A stretch of DNA of 64,000 nt from Podarcis melisellensis (lineage: Eukaryota): the NCBI GenBank assembly GCA_964234715.1, contig OZ174275.1; one strand, given 5' to 3'. How positions within the stretch are numbered: the stretch's first letter is position 1; every line of letters begins with the position of its first letter. The translations under genes were made by a program, and so were the position numbers. The notes beneath the pieces are model-generated. The model saw only the letters and a list, made by a program, of their open reading frames with translations, was not told where the DNA came from and made no database searches. Positions 38,752-49,402 of this stretch are shown here, in pieces.

Positions 38752-40307
38752 TTTTTTTATAATATTTTTTATTAGCATTTTTAAAATACAGTACACCAAA
38801 ACAAACAATATCACATATGTTTTAACATAGTTTCATAACTTCTTTGGACTCCCTCACGTCTCCCGCTCCCACTTTCATCCCAATAATATTTCCCAGCAAT
38901 TTATCGCCTTATTTCCAATCTTCATATCTTACTTTCTCTTATTACTTCTCTGATTTCAAATGCCCTATTTTCAAGTCCCTAAAGTTTTAAATATAATCCA
39001 ATAATTATCCGAAAGAAGAAAGAAAATTTTTCCCTAAATCTTACTCAAACTCATAACTCCATCTAATTTAGTGGTGCCAAATTATTTATGATCTAGCATC
39101 CTTCTTAACATTCAACCAGATTACAATGTTTCTGTAGATAAATCTTGAATTTCTTCCAATCTTCTTCAACCTTCTCCTCTCCCAGGTCTCGGATTCTGCC
39201 GGTCATCTCAGCCAGTTCCATATATTCTATCAGTTGCGTCTGCCATTCTTCCAGTGTGGGTAAATCTTGGGTTTTCCAATGCTTAGCTACGAGTATCCTG
39301 GCTGCCGTTGTTGCATACAAAAAGAAAATACGGTCCTCTTTTAACACCCTCTGGCCGACAATACCCAAGAGGAAGGCCTCCGGTTTCTTAGGAAAGGTAT
39401 ACTTAAATACCTTTTTCAGCTCATTATATATCATCTCCCAGAAGGCCTTCACTTTAGGGCAGGTCCACCAGAGGTGAAAAAATGTTCCTTCATTCTCTTT
39501 GCATTTCCAACATTTATTATCAGACAAGTGGTATATTTTTGCAAGTTTGACTGGGGTCATGTACCATCTGTATATCATTTTCATCACATTTTCTTTCAAA
39601 GCATTGCATGCAGTGAAATTCAACCCAGCAGTCCACAACCTTTCCCAGTCCTCAAACATAATATTATGCCCAATATCTTGTGCCCACTTAATCATAGCCG
39701 ATGTTACCGTTTCATCTTGTGTATTCCATTTTAACAGCAAGTTATACATTCTTGAAAGTACCTTAGTCTTAGGCTCTAACAGTTCCGTTTCCAACTTCGA
39801 TTTCTCCACCTGGAACCCTAACTTTTTGTCAAGTTTAAAAACTTCCTTAATCTGAGCGTAATGTAACCAGTCTCGCACTTTATCTCTCATTTTCTGCATA
39901 CTCTGCAATTTCCAGTTCTCTCCATCTGTTTCTAGTATTTCCCAATACTTTGGCCAATTGGCCTCCATGTTGAGTCTTTTTCGGGCCTTAGCTTCCAATG
40001 GTGATAGCCACCTTGGAGTTTTATTTTCCAGTAAGTCTTTATATTTTGTCCAGACATTAAACACTGCTTTTCTGACAATATGGTTCTTGAAAACCTTGTT
40101 AATCTTAACCTTGTCATACCATAGATATACATGCCAACCAAAACCATTATAGAAGCCTTCCAAATCCAATACGTCAGTGTCTTCAAGAAGTAGCCAATCT
40201 TTTAACCAGCAGAAAGCTGCTGATTCATAATACAGCCTTAAGTCTGGCAGGGCAAAGCCCCCTCTTTCTTTCGCATCTCTTAGTATCTTAAACTTAATTC
40301 TGGGCTT
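38752..40307 (-). mobile_element. 5'-truncated L1-clade LINE with an intact ORF2 C-terminal frame
   Basis: Open frame ~40307-39105: KPRIK...ERGGFALPDLRLYY...KCWKCKENEGTFFHLWWTCPKV (CCHC knuckle); A-rich tail; 16-bp TSD TTTTCAGTCACATCTC (38736-38751, 40308-40323). Confidence 0.95.
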
Positions 40308-40492
40308 TTTTCAGTCACATCTCGAACACCATGCAGGGCATGAAGGTGACATCCTTCCCTGTTTGTAACCTCCCACCCCCCCAGCATAGTGCCTCCGAAG
40401 TTCCATTTAGATAGCATGGCTCTTATAGCCATGAATTTGCCTGTCCCTTTTGCCCTAGTCCTTTGGAATTCTTGATTCTTTTGGGATCCCAC

Positions 40493-40666
40493 NNNNNNNN
40501 NNNNNNNNNNNNNNNNNNNNNNNNNNNNNNNNNNNNNNNNNNNNNNNNNNNNNNNNNNNNNNNNNNNNNNNNNNNNNNNNNNNNNNNNNNNNNNNNNNNN
40601 NNNNNNNNNNNNNNNNNNNNNNNNNNNNNNNNNNNNNNNNNNNNNNNNNNNNNNNNNNNNNNNNNN
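40493..40666. other. Assembly gap (N run)
   Basis: Ns. Confidence 1.
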
Positions 40667-40821
40667 ATTTTCTCAGTTTTTACTATCGCAGGAATTTTAC
40701 TAGTCGCAGGAAAAGTAGATTTCTGTCCAGTCTCTATCCTTAGTTATTTTGTTGACATTGCCTCTTGCCTGTTCCGCTGATTTTCACACAAAAGCAGAAC
40801 ATGTAATATCTTCATCTAAAC

Positions 40822-41154
40822 CAGGGGTCTGCAACCCGCGGCTCCGGAGCCGCATGTGGCTCTTTTACACCTTTGCTGCGGCTCCGGGCAGATACTAGCA
40901 AGGGGAGGAGGCGCATTGTGCGCCCCAACACTCCCCACTGTGGCGGGTGCTGTACTGGCTGTGACGTCACATGGGGGCGGTGCGTGCGTTAGTCACTCAC
41001 CGTCCCGACGTCATCTTCCCGCCCGCTGTCAGATCGCGGCTCCGGAGATATATTTGTTGTAAATGTCGCAATGGTTTTGCGGCTCCCAGATTTTTTTTTT
41101 CCTTCGGAAACGGGTCCAAGTGGCTCTTTTTATCTTAAAGGCTGCAGACCCCTG
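40822..41154. mobile_element. Non-autonomous hAT element with a GC-rich promoter-like interior
   Basis: TIR CAGGGGTCTGCA/TGCAGACCCCTG; perfect 8-bp TSD ATCTAAAC; GCGGCTCC subterminal repeats. Confidence 0.93.
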
Positions 41155-41164
41155 ATCTAAACCT

Positions 41165-41600
41165 CTAAACCTTTCCCTGAGCTACTGCTATCTCCTTTGC
41201 CTCCCAGATGCGCAACTTTGGGACTGCATTTGATTCCTTCCTTTCTGTCTCCTCCTACGTTTAAGCAGTCACCAAATCCTGCAGCTTCTTCATTTTCTTC
41301 ATCTCTAAGATCTGCCCTTCTCTCCCAATGCTATGGATAAAATGCTTATCCATGCTGTTGACATCTCTTGTCTAGACGATTGTCACCTCCTCCATGTCAG
41401 CCTTCCCTTCTGCCGCATCTCCTTCTTCATTCAGTTCACAATGCCTCTGCTAAAATCATCTTTCTTTCTTGTCATTTCTATGATCTCATCACCCTCTTCA
41501 CACTCTCTGTCACTCTCTGCATCAATTTTAAGATCCTACTAGTTCTTACTTTTAAAGCTCTCCATTTTTCTTCCCACTGTACCTTTCCCCTGCCTTCTCT
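41165..41600 (+). mobile_element. Old L2 ORF2 fragment (probably continuous with ~40740-40820, the host of the hAT)
   Basis: KMLIHAVDISCLDDC resembles the L2 motif KTLIHALVISRLDYC. Confidence 0.65.
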
Positions 41601-41614
41601 TTGCCCTTTATCAC

Positions 41615-41795
41615 CATTTATTTCATAAGCACAAACCAGCATATATTATGGTTCTCCCCCTATACTTTTTCCTCACAACAAGCCTGTGAGGTAGGTTAGT
41701 CTGAGAGACAGTGACTGGTCCAAGCTCAGTTATGGCTGAGCCGGAAATTGAAACTTGGGTCCTAGACCAGTGCTCTAACCACTACACTGCACTGC
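41615..41795 (-). mobile_element. MIR/Squam3-like SINE
   Basis: CCTCACAACAAGCCTGTGAGGTAGGTTAG..GTGACTGGTCCAAG..CTAACCACTACAC. Confidence 0.65.
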
Positions 41796-42299
41796 CTCTA
41801 CTTGGCTAAATTCCTGGTTATTTAGTGCTACCTGGCTCCTAGCTCATGTCCCAAGCTCCACTACCCATTTTTCAATCCCAGCACTCACTTCCCCAGCCAG
41901 TTTGTTCTGTCCAATATAGTTTGTACGGCCTCTGGGCTATGATTTGTATCATTTGGGCGGATGGGTGTCCCTAGCACATTGTGGGTGCAATTCCTAGTAA
42001 GGAAGAGAAGGAAGAGAGAATAATTGAGGAAACCAGGGCAGCTGAAAGCTCTTATTGGTCGGATGCTCTTCAGAGATCTGTAATTAACATAGGTGCATCA
42101 AAAAGACCATCAAGGGTTTAGGTCACTTAATACAGACTTGACTAACAAGCAAGAGAAAGTGGAGAGATGTATGTTTATAGGAGACGAAACCTAAAAGAAA
42201 ATGAAAAAAGGAGAAGGGAAGAGCAAACAAGAGAACATCTAAGGGAGAAGGAAAATGGAGCGGGGAGATGGAGGGAGGGAGAGATTGAAGGGGGCCAGA

Positions 42300-42580
42300 G
42301 ACTGTATTTTCTATAATTATTGTGGATTGGCTCGGATTAAGGGCAACTAGCTATCTCTTGGTTTTTCCTTTTTATATAACAACTAATCTCCTTCTAATCA
42401 GTTATTATTAAATTATATTCCATTTTTAATTCATTCACAGATCACTGGTGGCACAATTCGGACATCTGGACAGATAATTGAATAGAGATAATTTATGTAA
42501 ATGAGGAACAGTTGTGTACAGAGGTGGGGGAGGGGAGAGTCCAGCTTTTACAAGGCCACTGACCTAATCAGAAATCTCTG
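42300..42580. promoter_or_regulatory. Candidate homeodomain-rich enhancer
   Basis: GGATTA 42334-42339, CTAATCTC, two CTAATCA, several TAATT; not TE-like. Confidence 0.4.
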
Positions 42581-42964
42581 GGAGCTGCCCCTGTTCTCCG
42601 TTAGGACATAGCAGGTTCAAGGTCAAGATGGTCTTTGTACTAAGTTACTGGCAGGAAAAGAAGCACGGGGTGTGGTGCTAAAGGTCACTCCATCTTGGTT
42701 CCACACAGGCTGAGAAGTTTTGGATGCCACCCTGCTCTAAATGGCAAATCACCCCTAAAATTTTATATATTCTCCTTGTATATTGAGCAGGGGAAAGTAT
42801 CTGGCAGTTATCACGACAGATAAAAAATACAACACTTACAATGAATAATTAAAAGGGACTTTTTAACCTGCCTTTTGAAACTCCTTACAGAGATACTGCA
42901 AATAAATAGGGCTTTACTATTCTGAACTGAAATATGTGTATTTTTACTTGTTTAAATTGCATAA

Positions 42965-43103
42965 AGCTAAGTTGGTAGAGCATGAGAATCTTAATCTCAG
43001 GGTCGTGGGTTCAAACCCCATGTTGGGCAAAAGATTCCTGCATTGCAGGGAGTTGGACTAGATGACCCTTGTGGTTCCTTCTAATTCTACAGTTCTTTAT
43101 TCT
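42965..43103 (+). mobile_element. tRNA-Lys-derived SINE with CR1 tail (lacertid P.s.1/POM-like)
   Basis: GTTGGTAGAGCATGAGAATCTTAATCTCAGGGTCGTGGGTTCAAACCCCATGTTGGGC fused to GTTGGACTAGATGACC..ATTCT tail. Confidence 0.8.
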
Positions 43104-43193
43104 GTATCTTACTTATGTGTCTGGCAAGGGGATGCATATTTTCTGTGTGGAGCATAAAGTTAACTTGAAGTCCTAGCGAGTGCCCCAGAGCAT

Positions 43194-43544
43194 AAAGGTA
43201 AAGGGACCCCTGACCATTAGGTCCAGTAGTGACCGACTCTGGGGTTGCGGTGCTCATCTCGCTTTATTGGCCGAGGGAGCCGGCATACAGCTTCCGGGTC
43301 ATGTGGCCAGCATGACTAAGCCGCTTCTGGCGAACCAGAGCAGTGCACGGAAACGCCGTTTACCTTCCCACTGGAGCGGTACCTATGTATCTACTTGCAC
43401 TTTGACATGCTTTCAAACTGCTAGGTTGGCAGGAGCAGGGACCGAGCAATGGGAGCTCACCCCGTCGTGGGGATTCGAACCGCCGACCTTCTGATCAGCA
43501 AGTCCTAGGCTCTGTGGTTTAACCCACAGCGCCACCCACGTGTC
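43194..43544 (-). mobile_element. Sauria (Squam1) SINE
   Basis: Full length; TSD TGCCCCAGAGCATA/TGCCCCAAGGCATA. Confidence 0.93.
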
Positions 43545-43689
43545 ATGCCCCAAGGCATAGACATCCATTATTGCATGTGTACAGGAAGCCACGTCTCTCT
43601 CTGAGGGCAGGGATTTTAAAAGCTCCAAATCATATTGTAACCTGAGGGGAGGGGCAGATGATTGACAGGGGGAGCCTATTTTGGCAGGT

Positions 43690-44076
43690 GGGGGGTGTGG
43701 GTGGCTCTGTGGTATAAACCACTGAGCCTCTTGGGCTTGCCAGTCGGAAGTTTGGCAGTTCGAATCCGCTGGACAGGGTGAGCTCCCATTGCTTTGTCCC
43801 AGCTCCTGCCAACCTAGCAGTTCGAAAGCATGCCAGTGCAAGTAGATAAATAGGTATCACTGCGGCAGGAAGGTAAATGGTATTTCCATGCGCTCTGGCT
43901 TCCATCATGGTGTCCCGTTGCACCAGAAGCAGTTTAGTCATGCTGGCCACATGACCCGGAAAGCTGTCAGTGGACAAACCCCGTCTCCCTCTGCCTGAAA
44001 AGTGAGATGAGTGCCATATCCCACAGTTGCCTTTGACTGGACTTAACTGGCCAAGGGTCCTTTACCTTTTACCTTT
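43690..44076 (+). mobile_element. Sauria (Squam1) SINE, different subfamily
   Basis: Head GGGTGGCTCTGTGGTATAAACC, tail CCTTTACCTTTTACCTTT; TSD TATTTTGGCAGGT/TATATTGGCAGGT. Confidence 0.9.
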
Positions 44077-44899
44077 ATATTGGCAGGTAGCCACCCAAGA
44101 AGCCCAGTAGATCAAGGGGATCTCATCATGACAACAAACACTTTGAAGCCAGGGAGGGTTTAAGGAACAAAAGGCTACTTGTGAGTAGGGCTTCTACTGA
44201 GAGCCTGTTGAGTTTTAGGGACTGTGTAGACCAGGGATAGAAAACTGTATGTATCCAATTTTGTTGTGGTTTTGCTCAAAAGGGAATATTTTGGGTCTCT
44301 CTAATTCTTCTGTGTAATATCTTGTCCTTAAAACCCCTTCATTTTTTCAATTTAGTAAACATTTTGTTTCTTAAACCTGTGTGGTCTCAAGTTAAGGTAA
44401 ACAGCTTACAAATGTAACCTTCAGCTACCTAAGAAGGTTTCAGAGAGACCCCGGGGAACCTTTGGAGGCTGTTTGATAAGAGGCAGCTGGTAAATCGATC
44501 CCTTATCTGGTGGCAGCAAGTACCTCAAATGGGGGAATGGTGGGTGTAAGTTGTGGCCAGGTCTCTCTTCCCCAGGCAGCATAAGACCCAAGTGGTTGGC
44601 CCAATCACAGGCACCAAGGTAACAATGCATGATTGAAGACAGGTCAGTCTGGGCATATAGGACTCCCCACCTGCGTATCTAGAAAATTGAGCATAAGGTC
44701 CCTTGATCCTATCTGGCTGTGCACAGCATTTTCCCTTTAGTCACCTTGTGCTGAGATCAATAGTTAAACTTTACAGTGCAACCCTATACATGTTGACTCA
44801 GAAGCAAGTCCCACTATATTTTATAGGGTAAGTGTACAGAGGATTACAGCAGTCTAAAGGTTTCAGGTCCAATGTGCTCAAAAAGTTTGCCAGAAACAA

Positions 44900-45365
44900 A
44901 GTGGATGCTGGGGACTGTCCATTTTGGTTTCTCGGTTTCTCATTTTTCCAACTTTAACTTCAATTCTTCACATTTCCACATCAGTTTGTGATTTTTTCTT
45001 TTTCTTTTTAAATGTCATTTTGACAATTCACCAGTGTTTTGATGTAAATTGCTCCTAATAGACACATTTGTGTATGCAATTTTGCCTAACATTTTTGCCA
45101 AACATCCATAGTATATTGAAGCATTTTGTGAGTTAGTTTCACTATTATAGGCATTTTTATGCACACTTCACCATGTAATATGCATTTTTTGGGGTCATAT
45201 ATTACTTGCCTGGAGACCTGCATTGCAAAATTTGGGAAAATGTTAATTTGGAAGGATGGCTGCGTTTTGGGTTGTGTAATGTTTCAGAATAAGAAAGGGA
45301 GTGTGAATTAGGTAGTTCCACGTTTAAAGGTGAACTCACTCACTCAAGTTTCAGCCCCATCTCTA
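44900..45365. mobile_element. Degenerate non-autonomous DNA-transposon-like repeat
   Basis: GGATG..GGG start and CCCCATCTCTA end around a T-rich interior; family recognition tentative. Confidence 0.35.
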
Positions 45366-45589
45366 GTGGACGGCTGAACCACAATGAAGATTGGATCCTG
45401 GAAATGCCACATTCTGTTGGATCTTGCTGCCGGTGAATGGGGCAGGGAGAGTAAAAACACTGTCATTGCTTTTGTAGGTCTAGCTAGTTCCATTCACCAT
45501 CATTCCATCCTGTAACCCTCAGAATTCAAGTTCAAATTGCTTCTGCCTGCAGAACTCAAGCCTTAGGAATTCTGCAGTCGTTTCCCTCT

Positions 45590-45800
45590 CTGATCATATA
45601 TTATTTTGATAGCGTAGAATTGCAGTCATTACTTTGAATGGTTAACCTTTGACCTTGAGGTCATCTAGAGTGTTTCCTGTTAACACGGAGGATACAAGGT
45701 TTGTGAAACTGTTCTGCCGCAAACCAATAATCTCTAATTGCGAGGCAACAATATTGTTGCATCAAATAGGATGCAAGATGTGATAGGCATTTTTGAATGG
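45590..45800. promoter_or_regulatory. Candidate enhancer: nuclear-receptor half-site cluster plus SOX palindrome
   Basis: TAACCTTTGACCTTGAGGTCA (~45643-45663); perfect palindrome GCAACAATATTGTTGC 45745-45760; TAATCT and CTAATTG. Confidence 0.4.
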
Positions 45801-46009
45801 TGGAAAGGGAAAGTTCATTTCATCAGGCAAAATAATTTCATTTGATAACTTTACAGAAGAAAAGAGAAAGAAGGGAAGATTTAGCATGCTTCTGAATGCC
45901 ACTAACTGGGAGAGGGTTATTGCCCTCATGCCTTGAATGTGGGCTTCTCATAGATATCTGGTTGGCCACCAAGAGAAACAGGTTGCTGGACTAAATATAC
46001 CTTTGATGC

Positions 46010-46165
46010 ACAGGAATATAGCAACCTGTCTTACACTGAGTAAAACCATTGGTCTATTTAGCCCAGTACACTGCCTACACTGGCTTGCAGCAGCTCTCTG
46101 GGATATCAGATGGGGACAATTCCCAGCACTCCCTGAGTATGCAGGGGATTGAACCTGTGCCCTGC
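46010..46165 (-). mobile_element. Squam2-like SINE
   Basis: Antisense tail CTTACACTGAGT..ACCATTGGTCTATTTAGCCCAGTA and head GGGGATTGAACCT. Confidence 0.6.
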
Positions 46166-46175
46166 TCCAGAGTTA

Positions 46176-46416
46176 GAAGAAGAGTTTGGATTTGATATCC
46201 CGCTTTATCACTACCCAAAGGAGTCTCAAAGCGGCTAACATTCTCCTTTCCCTTTCTCCCCCACAACAAACACTCTGTGAGGTGAGTGGGGCTGAGAGAC
46301 TTCAGAGAAGTGTGACTGGCCCAAGGTCACCCAGCAGCTGCATGTGGAGGAGCGGAGACACAAACCCAGTTCCCCAGATTATGAGACTACCGCTCTTAAC
46401 CACTATACCACACTGG
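46176..46416 (-). mobile_element. Squam3-like (MIR-derived) SINE, relatively young
   Basis: AGAAGAAGAG tail, CCCCACAACAAACACTCTGTGAGGTGAG core, CTCTTAACCACTATACCACACTGG head. Confidence 0.8.
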
Positions 46417-46424
46417 TTATGATG

Positions 46425-46600
46425 CCAGTGTGTGGTCTGACTACATATGAGAGACCACCACCTTGATGAAGCCAAGCAGGACTGAGGCTTGTGGTCTGGT
46501 TAGTTCATAGATGGGTGGCTGCTTAGAAACTGCCCATATGATGTCTTCAGCCCCACAATGGAAGAAAGACGGGGTGCAAATGTAAGAAAATAAACCAATA
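46425..46600 (+). mobile_element. 5S rRNA-derived SINE remnant
   Basis: GAAGCCAAGCAGG..GGTCTGGTTAGT..GATGGG resembles the 5S A/C boxes; tail ATGGAAGAAAGACGGGG..AAATAAA. Confidence 0.5.
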
Positions 46601-47460
46601 ATCCAATAAATCATGACCACAGAAGGACCTGGAACACCTCAACTATTTTCTCTGTTGTAACATAGGTGTTAAGGTTGGAATGTATGTACATCTATGGATT
46701 GGAAGAGGGTTACAGAAACATATAATTTCATTCTCAGGGGAGGAGGAAGAACATAAATACTTACACTCATGTCCAGAAGTGGTTAAATACTCAAGGTTAT
46801 GGCCTAGGATAAGGCCACAGACTTGCATAGTAGTCAAAATCACTTTCCGTTTTTCAGCCTGACATATTTTGCAAGAGTTTGGACAATAATCACAGCATGC
46901 AGGCCAAATTTCACTTGCCAAATGTAATACAGAAATAGCACTTAAGAGGCTCTCTTTGCTGTCAGGATCATTGCGGATTTGTTACTGTGAATGGAAAGCA
47001 ACAGGAAGTTAAGAGTCCAATATATTTCTAGTGTATGTTTCACAGAATCTAGTCTGGAGGCTAGAAATTCACTGAATAAAGGCAAAGAGTGAATCTTTGC
47101 TGCCAAAATTAAATCAGGCATCATCTGCACCACCACCCCGCCCCGTGCAGCATAATCTGAAAACGGCAGAAATATTTGTTGCATTTCACACCAGCACAAT
47201 CCAGACAGGAAAGAAAATATTCATTGAAAGTCACATTGAGGCATTTCTTTTCGGTTTAAAATGTACATCTTTGAGTTTGTGATTTTTCGATTTAAGATAG
47301 ACGCTTTAGGGGCAACTTATTGTGAACAAACTACCTCAGCCCTCTTCTTGGACTCCAGTGTAGGCCACAAACTTCATTTATATTTCATTTGTTTAATATT
47401 TTCATTTTCTCACGTTACAACCCTGTGGGTAGAAGAAAGTCAAGAGGGGCTTGCTTCTAT

Positions 47461-47619
47461 GGCTGTGTACACACCATACCTTTGAAGAACATTTAAAGTA
47501 CATCCTCCCCCCAAAAAGGAATCACAGGAACTGTAGTTTGTTAAGGGCTCTGTGTGGGGTAAACTACAATTCCCATGATTCTTTGGGGCGATATTTAAAT
47601 GTGTGGTGTGTATGCAGCC
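47461..47619. mobile_element. PIF/Harbinger-like MITE
   Basis: Imperfect TIR GGCTGTGTACACACCA/TGGTGTGTATGCAGCC; 3-bp TAT on both flanks; internal hairpin GGAACTGTAGTTT/AAACTACAATTCC. Confidence 0.65.
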
Positions 47620-47644
47620 TATGGCTTGGATCAATATGCCTATG

Positions 47645-47965
47645 AGCTATATCACAGTGGTAGAGCAACTTATGTGCATGCAGAAGATCCCAGATTCAAT
47701 CCCCAACATAGGGTTGGGAGAAAACCCTGTCTGAGCTGCTGCCAGTCAGTGTACAGTGTAGAGCAGGCTTCCTCAACCTCGGCCCTCCAGATGATTTGAG
47801 ACTACAATCCCCATCATCCCTGACCACTGGTCCTGCTAGCTAGGGATCATGGGAGTTGTAGGCCAGAAACATCTGGAGGGCCAAGGTGGAAGAAGCCTGG
47901 TGTAGAGAATACTGAGCCAAATGGACCAACTCTGCCTGATTCAGTATAAGGCAGTTTCCTATGTA
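47645..47965 (+). mobile_element. Squam2-like SINE interrupted by a hAT MITE
   Basis: Head CAGTGGTAGAGCA..GCATGCAGAAGATCCCAGATTCAATCCC; tail TCAGTATAAGGCAGTTTCCTATGT. Confidence 0.75.
47764..47899. mobile_element. Palindromic hAT MITE
   Basis: TIR CAGGCTTC/GAAGCCTG with long inverted arms; 8-bp TSD GTGTAGAG. Confidence 0.92.
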
Positions 47966-48284
47966 CTCGTGCTAGTTTTGGGGATCAATGGAGTTGGTGG
48001 AGTTGGTGTTTTGTAACAATTGAACTTATGTACAAATAAGGACTGCTGCACTAAAAAAGGACGAAAACCACTTGATCTTCCAACGTACCCAAGACAGTCA
48101 CTCATTCTCGTAGCCTGGAACCCTCTGTACCCCAAGACACAAGAATGGTGTTCATCAACATGGTGTTTAAGCAGTACCTAGAGCCAGTTCACTAAAACTG
48201 GTTGAATATTTACCAGGGGGCAGTTTTAGCCTTCCATGTTGTGGAAAAATCAGTTTCTCAAAAGCTGGGCAACCAAAGAGTCCA

Positions 48285-48430
48285 AAACGATGGTCTGAAA
48301 ACTGGTTGCAACGAAAATAGAATATTTGTATTTCATCCAGGAATGCTTGAAGATGAACAGCGATGATCTTCTTGGTCACCTTGTTCAACAATGATATATT
48401 TGAAACTTGTATATCATTTGAAGAATCCAA
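48285..48430 (-). mobile_element. L2 reverse-transcriptase fragment
   Basis: VSNISLLNKVTKKIIAVHLQAFLDE resembles L2 PVSNLPFLGKVIERVVAxQLQAFLDE. Confidence 0.6.
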
Positions 48431-48778
48431 TTGTACAGTTGTTACATTGAAGACCCTTCTATCTGAGACTTACTTGATGCCACATTAATCATTGTACCAT
48501 TCTTCGAAGTTTCCACTGAATCCACTTGCAGTACCGAAGACCATATATATATATATATATATACAAATCCGCACTGAAAACTGGTTTGCTTCTTCAGCAC
48601 GAAGGGAAATTTCCAGGAAACTGTCAGCTGTTGTCTTTTATTATTTTCATTACGGTCTCAATAATCACTCTTCAGATTACCAATGAGCAGGGGTGGTTTC
48701 TGGAACTATTTTATCACATGCTCTAAAGTACTTCCTCAAACAGGTCAGTGTAATTTCAGTCTTGTCAAGAATTTAAAC

Positions 48779-49402
48779 CATGGGTAGGCAAACTAGAGGG
48801 ACGCGGGTGGTGCTGTGGGTAAAACCTCAGCGCCTAGGACTTGCCGATCGCATGGTCGGCGGTTCGAATCCCCGCGGCGGGGTGAACTCCCGGCGTTTGG
48901 TCCCAGCTCCTGCCCACCTAGCAGTTCGAAAGCACCCTTAAGTGCAAGTAGATAAATAGGTACCGCTTTATAGTGGGAAGGTAAACGGCATTTCCGTGTG
49001 CTGCTCTGGTGCCGGTTCGCTAGAGCAGCTTCATCACGCTGGCCACGTGACCCGGAAGTGTCTGCGGACAGCGCTGGCTCCCAGCCTCTAGAGTGAGATG
49101 AGCGCACAACCCTAGAGTCTGTCAAGACTGGCCCGTACGGGCAGGGGTACCTTTACCTTTAGGCAAACTAAGGCCTGGGGGCCGGATCCAGCCCAATCAC
49201 CTTCTAAATCCAGCCTGCGGGTGGTCCGGGAATCAGCATGTTTTTACATGAGTAGAATGTGTCCTTTTATTTAAAATGCATCTCTGGGTTATTTGTGGGG
49301 CATAGGAATTCATTCTCCTCCCCCCAAAAATATAGTCTGGTCCCCTACAAGGTCTGAGGGACTGTGGACCAGCCCCCTGCTGAAAAAGTTTGCTGACCCC
49401 TG
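48779..49402. mobile_element. Charlie/OC1-like non-autonomous hAT, interrupted by a Sauria SINE
   Basis: Ends CATGGGTAGGCAAACT / AGTTTGCTGACCCCTG; subterminal GCCCCCTGCTGAAAAAGTTTG. Confidence 0.8.
48796..49160 (+). mobile_element. Sauria (Squam1) SINE
   Basis: Head GGGACGCGGGTGGTGCTGTGGG, tail ACCTTTACCTTT; TSD AGGCAAACTA. Confidence 0.93.

Noticed and set aside
42965-43030. tRNA-Lys gene
   Set aside because: Degenerate stems and fusion to a CR1-like tail; it is a SINE head
43636-44724. Solo LTR hosting the plus-strand Sauria SINE
   Set aside because: TG...CA candidates exist but there is no convincing TSD or second copy
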